Source: Poseidonia sp.
GTDB lineage: Archaea; Thermoplasmatota; Poseidoniia; Poseidoniales; Poseidoniaceae
Length of the DNA stretch: 64,000 bases
Direction: 5' to 3'
Assembly: GCA_965661285.1 (NCBI GenBank)
Contig: CBFIDD010000005.1
Location: 75,094-139,093 of the forward strand
Part shown: piece after piece, positions 30,333 through 39,892 of the stretch
Layout: every line of letters starts with the position of its first letter
Numbering within the stretch: the first letter of the stretch is position 1
Translations under genes and position numbers: made by a program
The notes under the pieces: model-generated
Told to the model about the DNA's origin: nothing
Databases searched by the model: none
The model's input: only the letters and a program-made list of their open reading frames with translations

Positions 30333-33300
30333 ATGATGGGTAGCCCAACGGCTGAACGAAACGGTGGTCTGCGCGCCGTCATCTTGACCGCAGTCATGCT
30401 TCTTGCACTCGCTCCATTGAGCCCTGTTCACGCCAACGATAGCGAGGGTGAACCCACCAATTTGCAGGCTCAAAACATTCAGGCGGTCTTTGACAACGCT
30501 TCGGAAACCACGGTCATCACGTGGGAGAACATCGCCACAGGCGGGTCCGAACTGACCGGCTTGTTCAGTGCAACGTACATGCTCTATCGACACACATCAC
30601 CCATCGATGCGGTCAATTTGGGCGATTTGGACCACTTTGCGGAAGTCGATGCCTGTGATGCAGGTGAGACCGGAGGCAACCCGTTCAACTGCCAAGGGGG
30701 CATCCACTCGGGACACAGCGTGACCTTCCCCGTAGCGCCCGGAACCAACGGGACGTTTTACTACGCCATCACCACCATGCTTTCCAACGGCACCGAAGCA
30801 GCCGAATTGCTGTTCAACGGCTCGCAAATCTACGAACCCGTTGAAGAAATCACACGGTCGGTGTACACGCCCTTCCTCATCTCGGTCCAGTTTGACGCCG
30901 CCAGCAGTCAAACGACCCTCAACTGGCTGAACTACAACCAAATCAACAGCATCCTTCCCGAAACGGGGCCCGATGCCTTGCAAATTCGGGTCTGGCGAAC
31001 GGATTACCAAATCACCCGGGAGCTGGGTTCGTACCTCGTCTCGCAGGAGACGCCCATCGCAGTGCTCAACGCCACGGACACCACCTACACGGTTGATATC
31101 CCCCCGAACACGGAGCGAAGCAGCTACTATTCGCTGACCTATTATCTTCCAAACTACACCGAGAACGGCGATGATTACGAAGACATCCGCTTTGTTGGCG
31201 ACAACACCATGACTGACCCGGTGCTTGAGGACAACCGCCCCCCCAGCCAACCCATCTTGCTTTCAGCAGAATTCACCTCCAACACCGACGGAACCGGCAC
31301 CACCAGCATTTCGTGGGGCGATGTCGCCGCTGAAACCGGAGAGACCTACCGTGTTTACCGTTCCGACCAACCCTTTGCAACCATCCTGCGGGACGATGTT
31401 TCACTCGTTGTTGAGGGGATCCTTGAGGGCATTAACGCCTACGCCATTGAAGTCCCGCAGGGCTTCCTTGGCTACTCGTACTATTGTGTGGTCACCGTCG
31501 ACGCCACGGGCGTCATTAACACGGACACCACCGGCGATGCGTGTACCAACGCCATCGAGGAGAACGCCTTCTACGGTTGGGTGGCCGAGCCGACCAACGT
31601 CCATGCTGAGTTCATCGGCGACCGAACCACTCGGGTCACCTGGAGCGACCAACTCGGCATTGAAGGCGAAATCTACCACATTTGGCACACCACCTACCGC
31701 GTCAGTGGAGCACAATTCGTTGAGAACGAGACCATGACGTATCTTGGAACGGTGGGCGACGGTATCGGCTCCTTTGATGTCGAAGTGCCCGACGATGAAT
31801 ACCGCACCAACTCGTTCTATTTCGTCACCTCAGAGGCGCTTTACGGCAATGTCAACGGCACCTATCACTACACGGGTTTGGTTCAAAATTACTTCCAGGT
31901 GCCCTTTGAGGACACCCGTGCACCCAACCCGCCGCGCATCAAGAACGCCTTCTCTATTGGTTCTCTCAACCTCGTCAGCCTTGAATGGTTCAACGAGGAC
32001 GAGAACAACGAGTCCTACTCCATCTGGCGCCATTACGGTGAACCCTTCGGCGAGGACGAGAACGATGTCTCCACCATCGAGACCGACGGCTGGGAGCCCG
32101 TTCTCATGGACATCGACGCCACCACCGTGGTCAGCGACACGCTCACCCGTGAGTTTACCATTCCTGCCGATGTTGACCGAAACGTCTGGTACGCCGTGAC
32201 CATCACCGATGAATTTGGAAACTTCAATGGCGAAATCTTCGCCGGTTTCGGTGGAAACGCGTTCAAGGTTGCCGAAGACACGCTGCTGCCCAATGCGACT
32301 CTTTCCGTGTTCGACGATAACGGTGAACTCTACGACAGCACCACCCTCGTCGCGGGCCAATACACCATTCGGGTGCAGGTTAACGAGGACCTTGGGACCA
32401 CGCCGACCATTTACATCACCACTTCTAACGGCGGCGTGCTGACGGGAACGGACGAGCCCCTGGCCTTGCTGAATGACAATCGAAACAATCCCAATCTCGG
32501 CCCGCTCTTCACGTACGACTTCAGCATTCTTTCAAGTTCAGAAGCTGGTGATATGACCGTGTATGTGGTGATGGAGGACGAATCGAACAACGTGGTGAAT
32601 CAGAGTTGGGGCCACCTCTCCATCGACGCTCAACTCCCGTCCATCAGCATCTATTCACCCACCCCCTCAAGCGACGGGTCAAAGTATCTTTACGGCAACA
32701 AAATCAATGTCCTTGCAGGCGTTGAGGACGATGTTGTGGTGACCACCTTCCAGTACCGGTTCACCTACCACTATGGCGGAACGACGGGCGTCTCCCTTTC
32801 CACACCGTGGTCGGACATGACGGGATTGACCTACCACGACGAAAACAACCGTGAAATCACCGGTGACATGGAAATCTCGGCCGGTAATTTCGAGCCCGGC
32901 ATTCACCGGCTGAGCGTTCGTGCGACCGACGCTGCCGGAAATGAAGTCTCCAAGAACGTTGAGTTCATCGTTGATTATTGTCGAAACCGTTTGGACGGCA
33001 CGACCGTATGTTCGTACGAAGAAGCGCTCAAACCCCCGGTTGAGCCCGAAACCATCACGCCATCCTACACCGACCCGCCCTACGTGTTGGTGTGGATCAT
33101 CGGTGTTGTGAACGTCCTGGCCATCGTGGTCTCGCTGTTGATCGTCCGTACGAGCATGTCCGGGCCGAAAAAGAAGAAGCGTGGCGAAGAAGAGGACGAC
33201 GACTCGTGGATGGCCGAATTCATGGGCACCAGTCAAGACCTCGACATGGACGCCGTGACCGGCACCGGGGCAGCCTCGACCCCTGAAGAGGAAAAGAAGG

Positions 33301-33590
33301 AAGAATCCCAAACCGCCGCTGCTCCCGAAGACGATGATGACGACCCGTTCGCCATCAACATCGTCCAACGCAAGTCGCGCCGTCGAAAGAAGAAGCCTGA
33401 GTCCATCGAGATCAGTGACGGTGATGACGACGACGATGACGACGACGAAGATGATGACGATGATGACGAGGACGACGACGAGGACGAGAAGCCCAGGAAG
33501 CGACCCGCCCGAAAAGTCGGCCGCCGTGCAGCACCTCGCAAGGCGCCCGTGAAGCGTCGTGCCGTGAAGCGGAAATCCGATGACGACTGA
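30333..33590 (+). CDS. Large membrane-anchored surface protein with FN3/Ig-like domains and acidic-basic cytoplasmic tail
   Basis: Signal peptide; repeated PTN/PP...W...YxxYR/YHIW...YYAIT modules; late TM helix; poly-D/E then K/R-rich tail. Confidence 0.8.
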   Translation: MMGSPTAERNGGLRAVILTAVMLLALAPLSPVHANDSEGEPTNLQAQNIQAVFDNASETTVITWENIATGGSELTGLFSATYMLYRHTSPIDAVNLGDLDHFAEVDACDAGETGGNPFNCQGGIHSGHSVTFPVAPGTNGTFYYAITTMLSNGTEAAELLFNGSQIYEPVEEITRSVYTPFLISVQFDAASSQTTLNWLNYNQINSILPETGPDALQIRVWRTDYQITRELGSYLVSQETPIAVLNATDTTYTVDIPPNTERSSYYSLTYYLPNYTENGDDYEDIRFVGDNTMTDPVLEDNRPPSQPILLSAEFTSNTDGTGTTSISWGDVAAETGETYRVYRSDQPFATILRDDVSLVVEGILEGINAYAIEVPQGFLGYSYYCVVTVDATGVINTDTTGDACTNAIEENAFYGWVAEPTNVHAEFIGDRTTRVTWSDQLGIEGEIYHIWHTTYRVSGAQFVENETMTYLGTVGDGIGSFDVEVPDDEYRTNSFYFVTSEALYGNVNGTYHYTGLVQNYFQVPFEDTRAPNPPRIKNAFSIGSLNLVSLEWFNEDENNESYSIWRHYGEPFGEDENDVSTIETDGWEPVLMDIDATTVVSDTLTREFTIPADVDRNVWYAVTITDEFGNFNGEIFAGFGGNAFKVAEDTLLPNATLSVFDDNGELYDSTTLVAGQYTIRVQVNEDLGTTPTIYITTSNGGVLTGTDEPLALLNDNRNNPNLGPLFTYDFSILSSSEAGDMTVYVVMEDESNNVVNQSWGHLSIDAQLPSISIYSPTPSSDGSKYLYGNKINVLAGVEDDVVVTTFQYRFTYHYGGTTGVSLSTPWSDMTGLTYHDENNREITGDMEISAGNFEPGIHRLSVRATDAAGNEVSKNVEFIVDYCRNRLDGTTVCSYEEALKPPVEPETITPSYTDPPYVLVWIIGVVNVLAIVVSLLIVRTSMSGPKKKKRGEEEDDDSWMAEFMGTSQDLDMDAVTGTGAASTPEEEKKEESQTAAAPEDDDDDPFAINIVQRKSRRRKKKPESIEISDGDDDDDDDDEDDDDDDEDDDEDEKPRKRPARKVGRRAAPRKAPVKRRAVKRKSDDD

Positions 33591-33625
33591 TGCCTCGCTG
33601 TCGAGGCGCATGAGGTGGGCCCATC

Positions 33626-34162
33626 ATGAGAACGCAAGAGAAGATTGGCTACGGCTTGGTCGCTCTTGCCGTTGTTTTGGGGCTCGTCGGCTCCATTGGC
33701 TTTGTTCTTGAAGGCGAGGTCAACGACATCCCGACACCCAACGTTCCCGAGCGGACGTTTTTCAGTGATGAACCGCTTCCGGAAAACGGTTTGAGCACGT
33801 TCATATCGGCCAGTCTGACCTTGACATGGGACCGGGATGATATCTACGTGGTCATCGTCGACGACGACGAGAAGAAGACCTGTGAAGCCAATCCGCCGGG
33901 TCTGTTCAACGAGGGTTCCACCACAGCGTGCACGCCCTACGATGCGGATGTTCTTGCCGCCGGTACTGACGGTAGCAAAGGGCTGACCTGGGACGTCGCG
34001 CCCGGCGTTCACTTCGCTGGTATCGGAACGGTGGGCGAAACCCTGCCGGCTGGAGCCGAGGTCAACATGAACTACGAAGTCCACCTCCAAGCGGGCTTTG
34101 TTGCCTACTTCTTGTTCGCCTTACTGGGCGTGGCGGGACTGGCGTACTCACGGGTTGAGTGA
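33626..34162 (+). CDS. Hypothetical membrane protein (N- and C-terminal TM)
   Basis: Hydrophobic termini flanking a beta-rich domain with two Cys. Confidence 0.7.
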   Translation: MRTQEKIGYGLVALAVVLGLVGSIGFVLEGEVNDIPTPNVPERTFFSDEPLPENGLSTFISASLTLTWDRDDIYVVIVDDDEKKTCEANPPGLFNEGSTTACTPYDADVLAAGTDGSKGLTWDVAPGVHFAGIGTVGETLPAGAEVNMNYEVHLQAGFVAYFLFALLGVAGLAYSRVE

Positions 34163-34164
34163 GC

Positions 34165-35421
34165 TCATTCAACGCCGTCGTAATAGGTCGCAACCGCAGC
34201 GTCGATTTCGTCAAGCACGGCCGTCTCATCAACCGTGAGTGTGGTGCCGTCCCTGCGCAGCGCCTTTCCGTTCACCCACAAATCCATGCAGTCGGCTCCG
34301 TTGAAGATGAGATTGGCCAGATGCCGGTTGTCCGAGCGCCCTCGAGGGCGCATGCGCACATCCTCAAGATTCCATACGGCCCAGTCTCGACTTCCTTTGG
34401 TGGCCAAGTCCATGGCCTCAACGGCTGGCAGAAGGGTCGAATCCCAATGGTCGTGGCGCTGCACGAGCGAGGCCAAGCGAGCCTCCGCCTGCATGTTGAG
34501 GCCGTTACCTGAGGAGGCCGCACCGTCGGTTCCCAACCGCACATCGACGCCTGCGTCCATGTAGGCCGGCAGCGACAGCGTACCCCCGCAAGCGAGTTTC
34601 ATGTTGGAGGAAGGGCAGTGAATGGCGGTGGCCTCGTGCCGCTTCAGCATGCGAATCTCGTTCTTCTTCACCCAGGAGGCGTGGGCGCACAACGTACCGG
34701 GCTGGAAGAAGTCAATGCTGTTGAGGTATTCCACCGGGTAGAGGCCCGTTTTGGCGTGGCAGTCGGCGACCTCTTTGCGCGTCTCGCTGACGTGAATGTG
34801 GAGTCGAGCGCTTCGCTTTTCGGCCAGTTCCGATGCCCGTCGCAACGTGTCTTCGCTGCACAGGTACACCGAATGGGTGGCGATGGCGTACTGAACCAAC
34901 GCCTCATCGCTGTTCGAGGCGAGCAACCCGTCAAGCTCCTCGAGCGCAGAGGCTGCGTCCGGGTGGCTTGGAAGGGCGGCATCGCTGACCGGTCCACCAA
35001 CGAGTCCACGCAAGCCCGCTTCGGTCAACACCTCGCCAGTGACGCTGGGATAGAAGTACATGTCCGCCGCAAAACTGCTCCCGGTGCGTATCATTTCGGC
35101 TGCAGCGCAGCGGCTTCCCATGCGAACATACTCGGGCGTGATGCGGGCTTCGGTGGGAAAGATGGCTTCCTCAAGCCAGCGATGAAGCGGAAAGCCGTCG
35201 CTGAAGTCGCGTGCGTTCAACTGCATTGCCAAATGCGTGTGCCAGTTTTGGAAACTGCGGGTGATCAGCCGCTTTGAGCCGTCAATGTCCTCAACGACGT
35301 CCTCGTCGCCGTTGGAAGCCGTCCACGAGCCGTCGGCGTGGAGCAAGACATCGCCCACGGTCTTCTGTCCGCCGCGGTCGTACAGGACCGTGTTGCGGTA
35401 GCGGACGGGAGCATCGCTCAT
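34165..35421 (-). CDS. Amidohydrolase, 5'-methylthioadenosine/S-adenosylhomocysteine deaminase-like
   Basis: NWHTH, FAADMYF, HSVYLCS, HIHVSET, AHASW, HCPSSNMKLACG, LGTDGAAS; start refined to MSDAP. Confidence 0.88.
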   Translation of the reverse strand: MSDAPVRYRNTVLYDRGGQKTVGDVLLHADGSWTASNGDEDVVEDIDGSKRLITRSFQNWHTHLAMQLNARDFSDGFPLHRWLEEAIFPTEARITPEYVRMGSRCAAAEMIRTGSSFAADMYFYPSVTGEVLTEAGLRGLVGGPVSDAALPSHPDAASALEELDGLLASNSDEALVQYAIATHSVYLCSEDTLRRASELAEKRSARLHIHVSETRKEVADCHAKTGLYPVEYLNSIDFFQPGTLCAHASWVKKNEIRMLKRHEATAIHCPSSNMKLACGGTLSLPAYMDAGVDVRLGTDGAASSGNGLNMQAEARLASLVQRHDHWDSTLLPAVEAMDLATKGSRDWAVWNLEDVRMRPRGRSDNRHLANLIFNGADCMDLWVNGKALRRDGTTLTVDETAVLDEIDAAVATYYDGVE

Positions 35422-35505
35422 GGGAGGGCCTGCTCGCCATGATTCATGAACGCTGAGGTTCGCACCGTGGGGCTTATGTTTGATTGAGACAGCGGCAGGC
35501 TTGCC

Positions 35506-35578
35506 GCCACTGTGGCTTAGTTGGTAGAGCGTCTGATTCGTAATCAGAAGGTCGGGAGTTCGAGTCTCCCCTGTGGCT
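35506..35578 (+). tRNA. tRNA-Thr (CGT)
   Basis: GCCACTG/CTGTGGC acceptor stem (one T-T mismatch), TCTGA-TTCGTAA-TCAGA anticodon arm, GGGAG-TTCGAGT-CTCCC T arm; no encoded CCA. Confidence 0.94.
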
Positions 35579-35581
35579 CCT

Positions 35582-36841
35582 TTACGCCTTGGTTTCAGCC
35601 GAGCTGATGTCGATGCCAAACGCTACGGCGCTCTGCTCAAGACTGACCACGGCTGGCAGCGGGCGTCCGGCGATGTAATCCAAACAGGCGCCGCCACCGG
35701 TAGAGACGTGCCCCATCTTCCCGGCCAGGCCTCGCTGTGCGACGAGCGTGGCGGTGTGACCACCGCCCATCACGGCGTAGCCGTCGGACTCGGCGCACGC
35801 GTTGAGCATCTCGATGGTACCCAAGGCAAAATCGGGGTTCTCAAACACGCCGGCAGGTCCGTTGAGGATGATGGTTCCAGCCGCTCGGATGGCCGCTGAG
35901 AGGTGGAACACGGAGGTGATGCCGATGTCCCAAAACTGCGCTTCGATGGGGAACTTGTCCAGCGGGATGTCCACGCGGTTGCCTTCGATGTTGGCAGCAA
36001 GGTCCACGGGGAGATGAATGGCGTTGCCGTAGTCCTCGATCAGCGCTTTCGCTTGCCGGATGGTGGCACCCCAGTTCTTCCCGAGTTCTTTCTTGAGGAA
36101 GGCGCGGTTGGGCTCGCCGATGTCGTAGCCGGCCAAATCCAGCAGGAGGTTGGCCACCCCTCCGGTGGGCCAGAGGGCGTCGGCGATGTTGTTGCGCAGC
36201 ATGTTGTCGGCGACCTGAATGGAATCGTCGACCTTCACGCCACCGAGGACGGCAAGACACGGGCGTTCGGGCGTCTCAAGGGCGTGGTCGAGTTTCTGAA
36301 TTTCGTTGCCCATCAGTTCACCTGCTACGCAGGGCAGCAAACCGGTGAAGCCGATGATGGACGGTGTCGCTCTGTGGGCGCAAGCAAAGGCATCGTTGAC
36401 GAAGAGGTCCGCCACGCTGGCGAGCCGCTGAACGAAACGAGTCTCGGCCATGGCCACTATGTCCTTGACCGTGGTTTCCTCCTCATCCATGCGGACGTTG
36501 TTGAGCATCAGCAGTTGTCCGGCCTGGAGTTCTTCGATAGCCTTCATGGCCTTGGGGCCGTGAATGTCGTCCACCCACTTCACCTGACGACCGAGCAGAC
36601 GCCCAAGTTCACGAGCATGACCGAGGGTGCTGGTAAAGTCGTCTTTTCCGGGACGGGACTGGTGGGCCATGATGATGACCTTGGCCTTCACCAGCCGCTG
36701 GATGGTTGGCAGAATGGCGCGGATACGGGTGTCGTCGAGAAAGGCCTTCGTGGCCGGGTCCAACGGGCTGTTGATGTCCACGCGGAGCAGGACGGTCTTT
36801 CCGTCCACGTTGACGTCGTCCAAGGTCAGGACCTTTGCCAT
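35582..36841 (-). CDS. pgk: Phosphoglycerate kinase (archaeal type)
   Basis: LRVDINSP, AHQSRPG, NDAFACAHR, LGGVKVDD, NGPAGVFE, GGGHT, HVSTGGGA. Confidence 0.96.
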   Translation of the reverse strand: MAKVLTLDDVNVDGKTVLLRVDINSPLDPATKAFLDDTRIRAILPTIQRLVKAKVIIMAHQSRPGKDDFTSTLGHARELGRLLGRQVKWVDDIHGPKAMKAIEELQAGQLLMLNNVRMDEEETTVKDIVAMAETRFVQRLASVADLFVNDAFACAHRATPSIIGFTGLLPCVAGELMGNEIQKLDHALETPERPCLAVLGGVKVDDSIQVADNMLRNNIADALWPTGGVANLLLDLAGYDIGEPNRAFLKKELGKNWGATIRQAKALIEDYGNAIHLPVDLAANIEGNRVDIPLDKFPIEAQFWDIGITSVFHLSAAIRAAGTIILNGPAGVFENPDFALGTIEMLNACAESDGYAVMGGGHTATLVAQRGLAGKMGHVSTGGGACLDYIAGRPLPAVVSLEQSAVAFGIDISSAETKA

Positions 36842-36898
36842 CAAATCCACCCAAGGGCCTTCGGTTTTTCATCCCTCGCCCGCCGCTCAGGGCGAACA

Positions 36899-37618
36899 TC
36901 AGGATAGGTCGATGGTGATGGTACCTGAGTCGCCTTCCTGGTTGTTTCCACCGTAGGTCTGCCCGTCGACGATGAATCCGATGTCGCTTTCGTAGAACGT
37001 GTACGTCATCGTCCAAACATGCCCTTCTTCGAGGGTCACGTACTTCCTGTTGCTTGAGAAACTGGAGAGGGCAACGCCCTCACGGGCATCTGTTGTGAAT
37101 TCAACCTCACCGTCCCAACAACAGAAAGTGAAGGCGCTCAGGTCAAAGAATTCCACGTGGTTCTCCTCTGAACCACAATCGGCGAGCGTAACGCCTCCGA
37201 TTTCCTCAACGGTGCTGTCCTCGACTTGGCTGCCAAGACGCGTTAGCACCAACTCAACGGTACCGGAATCGCCTTCCTGGTTGTACCCTCCGTACACGAT
37301 GCCGTTGGCCATGAAACCAATATCGTCCTCGTAAAACGTGTATTCCATGGACCACGTCATGGATTCGTCCAAGAAGACGTACTTTTTCTCACTGGAAAAG
37401 TCAGCGATTTGTTCTTCCGTGCCGTCTGAGCTGACAAAGGTGACCTCTCCGCCCCACTCGTCAAACTCGTCGTTTGAGTTGTCAAAGAACTCGACGTGGT
37501 ACACCGCGGTGCAGTCCGAACTCGAGATGTAGGATACGGGCGACTCGCCTTCGCCAAGGCACCCCGCAAGGGAACTGCTCATCAGGATAACAACAAGAAC
37601 GGCCATGGCCTTTTCCAT
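36899..37618 (-). CDS. Lipoprotein with two copies of a ~90-aa domain
   Basis: Lipobox LAGC; repeat HVEFFD...W.GEV.F...FSS..KYV.L.E...W.M.YTFYE.DIGF...G..YGG.NQEGDSGT occurs twice. Confidence 0.8.
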   Translation of the reverse strand: MEKAMAVLVVILMSSSLAGCLGEGESPVSYISSSDCTAVYHVEFFDNSNDEFDEWGGEVTFVSSDGTEEQIADFSSEKKYVFLDESMTWSMEYTFYEDDIGFMANGIVYGGYNQEGDSGTVELVLTRLGSQVEDSTVEEIGGVTLADCGSEENHVEFFDLSAFTFCCWDGEVEFTTDAREGVALSSFSSNRKYVTLEEGHVWTMTYTFYESDIGFIVDGQTYGGNNQEGDSGTITIDLS

Positions 37619-37744
37619 GGGAACCGGTTATGTCTTGTTCTTGGACATACATAAGCAACACCCCGACACTCGGAGCCGTGTTGGCGTTGGGGGCGGGAGA
37701 AGAAGCATTTTTTGACGCAGCGACCGGACGCTGGCTTGAGGCTC

Positions 37745-38074
37745 ATGAAGAACGAGAACCTGCTGTTCACCTGGGCTGGGTTGCAGCAACTCCTGCGTCC
37801 GCACGTCGACGAATTGGTGTGCACAACCGACGAGCCGGGTGATTGGCGCGTTGAGACGCCGGCTGGCCGGCCCTTTCTCACGCTGCGCATCCAAAAGCAC
37901 CATGTGGGGCTCTATCTTTTGCCGATGTACTACCACCCTGAGGTCCGTCCTGCCGCGCTCAATCGCTACCTTTCGGGCAAGAGCACCTTTCGGTTCAAGG
38001 CCCATCACGAGCCGCCAGAGGAAGCACTCGGAACCATGGTCGAGGCCTGCAAAGCCTTCATCGGGTTGTACTGA
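37745..38074 (+). CDS. DUF1801-like small protein
   Basis: QKHHVGLYLLPMY...LSGKSTFRF resembles the DUF1801-related motif. Confidence 0.55.
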   Translation: MKNENLLFTWAGLQQLLRPHVDELVCTTDEPGDWRVETPAGRPFLTLRIQKHHVGLYLLPMYYHPEVRPAALNRYLSGKSTFRFKAHHEPPEEALGTMVEACKAFIGLY

Positions 38075-38148
38075 AGGGTCGCAAGACGCGCGTGCCACCC
38101 TTGCTTTGGGCGCGAAAGGTGATAAGTCCCGCGACGCCCTTGCCCTCC

Positions 38149-39105
38149 ATGGCCGATAAAGCGCTGGAGGACAGCACACCCTTGGAGGGTGCTCGTCGTC
38201 GCGCCTCCACCGCCACCTCGTCCTTCGGCGTGTCCCGCCGTGAGGGCCATGACGCCAGCGTCTACTACACGAGCCGTCTCAACGAGGGCCTCGTCAGTTC
38301 ACGAGACGTCGGCGCCGCCCAGGTTTTACCCGAAGAGCACGCCAACACCGTGCTGTGCGGCGATTCACGCACCTTGCCGCTGCCCGATAACTGCGTGCAT
38401 TTGGTGGTGACCTCACCTCCCTACAACGCCTCCAAGGATTACGACGAGGACCTCTCGCTGAAGGAATACCTGACGCTGCTTCACGACGTGTTTGCCGAGT
38501 GCTACCGCGTCCTCACCCCCGGGGGCCGGATGGTGGTCAACGTGGCGAATTTGGGGCGAAAACCGTACATTCCGCTTTCCTCCCACATCAACATCATCAT
38601 GGCTGAAATCGGCTTCTTAATGCGCGGTGAGATCATCTGGGACAAATCCGCCAGCGCCGGTTCCTCCTGCGCCTGGGGCTCCTTCCAGTCGGCGTCCAAC
38701 CCTTGCCTGCGAGACGTCCACGAGTACCTGCTCGTGTTTTCCAAGGGCGACTACAAACTTCCCCGCAGCAAAACAGAGCGAGCGGACGGGCGACTCGATA
38801 CGATTCCTCGCAACGATTTCATCCAGCACACGAAGTCCATCTGGTCCTTCGCCACCGAGCGTGCTTCCCGTGTCAACCACCCTGCACCCTTCCCGGTTGA
38901 ACTCCCCAAGCGCTGCATTGAGATGTACTCCTTTACCGGTGACGTCGTCCTCGACCCGTTCAACGGTTCGGGCACCACCTGCGTCGCTGCCAAGATGCAC
39001 GGTCGTCGCTACCTCGGTGTTGACCTGTCGGAGGATTACTGCTCCATCGCCCAAGAGCGACTCAGCCAAACGAAGGCCTTGGACCCCGACGACATCGTTG
39101 TCTAA
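38149..39105 (+). CDS. Site-specific DNA methyltransferase, N4/N6 beta class (SPPY, probably m4C); no adjacent nuclease
   Basis: VVTSPPYN, IIWDK, HEYLLVF, HPAPFPVELP, VLDPFNGSGTT. Confidence 0.92.
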   Translation: MADKALEDSTPLEGARRRASTATSSFGVSRREGHDASVYYTSRLNEGLVSSRDVGAAQVLPEEHANTVLCGDSRTLPLPDNCVHLVVTSPPYNASKDYDEDLSLKEYLTLLHDVFAECYRVLTPGGRMVVNVANLGRKPYIPLSSHINIIMAEIGFLMRGEIIWDKSASAGSSCAWGSFQSASNPCLRDVHEYLLVFSKGDYKLPRSKTERADGRLDTIPRNDFIQHTKSIWSFATERASRVNHPAPFPVELPKRCIEMYSFTGDVVLDPFNGSGTTCVAAKMHGRRYLGVDLSEDYCSIAQERLSQTKALDPDDIVV

Positions 39106-39806
39106 TCGTCCTTGATGCCACCCCAAAACGCACCGGTACTCCCGACCTCCTTGTCGAGGCTATCTTCGGTGGGCGTTTGTTTGGTGGGTGCATGTTCGGA
39201 AGAGGGTGCTTGTTCTGGCTGGTGGCCGAATTGCTCGAAGTACGGTGTGCTGGCCACCGTCAGACTGGTGAACGTTGAGCCGACCGTGACCTGGTGTTCT
39301 GCTTTGTTCGACATGGCGATGCCACGGCCGACGAAGACGTGGAGCAGGATGCTGATGCAGCACATGCCCGAGCCGAGGTCAGCGATGGCATTTCCCGTGG
39401 CGTAATCCTCCATGAAGTCGTCAAGGTTGCCCTTCACGGCCATGATGCTGACCGAATCGCTTGCGCTGAAGCCATAGCTTCCTTCGGTGAGGTTGTTCAG
39501 TCGATACTGATAGCTATCGGAGGACGACCAGTTTTTGCAATCCGTTTTTTCAACCGGAATGAAGCCGAAGTTTCCGTCACGGAGGTCAACGCTGAAGCCG
39601 AAGTTTTCGCAATTTCCATCAACCTCGTCCGTGATCACGATGATGGATGCATCTACGTTTGAGGCATCGATGACAAATCCACCGTTCGTGCCGTAGGCGA
39701 TTTCATCAGCGCCGGGTTCGGTGAGAGAAGCGCCGATGGCGATGAGCAGCAAGCCGAGCGCTACGAGGGTGAAGACGACGGGTTTGTACCACGACTTCGC
39801 GCCCAT
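39102..39806 (-). CDS. Hypothetical membrane protein
   Basis: N-terminal TM, extracellular domain, second TM (GMCCISILLHVFVG), low-complexity tail. Confidence 0.7.
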   Translation of the reverse strand: MGAKSWYKPVVFTLVALGLLLIAIGASLTEPGADEIAYGTNGGFVIDASNVDASIIVITDEVDGNCENFGFSVDLRDGNFGFIPVEKTDCKNWSSSDSYQYRLNNLTEGSYGFSASDSVSIMAVKGNLDDFMEDYATGNAIADLGSGMCCISILLHVFVGRGIAMSNKAEHQVTVGSTFTSLTVASTPYFEQFGHQPEQAPSSEHAPTKQTPTEDSLDKEVGSTGAFWGGIKDD

Positions 39807-39892
39807 GTGGGGGCATACTCCCTCTCAGTTTCTAATTTCCTGTCCTCGGTTGTTCCGATTGGGTTTTGAACGGGTGGCGTTCACCCTCTACC

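Noticed and set aside
33415-33490. GAY microsatellite as a contingency locus
   Set aside because: Mixed GAC/GAT/GAA/GAG codons encoding an acidic tract, in frame.
28005-35578. Integrated element at or between the two tRNAs
   Set aside because: No integrase, no duplicated tRNA 3' end noticed, and the enclosed genes are housekeeping with normal composition.
35506-35578. tRNA-Thr as a pseudogene (T-T acceptor mismatch, no CCA)
   Set aside because: All other arms are canonical; CCA is often added enzymatically in archaea.
35421-35619. N-terminal extension of the amidohydrolase ORF
   Set aside because: It is the reverse reading of tRNA-Thr; the true start is 35421.
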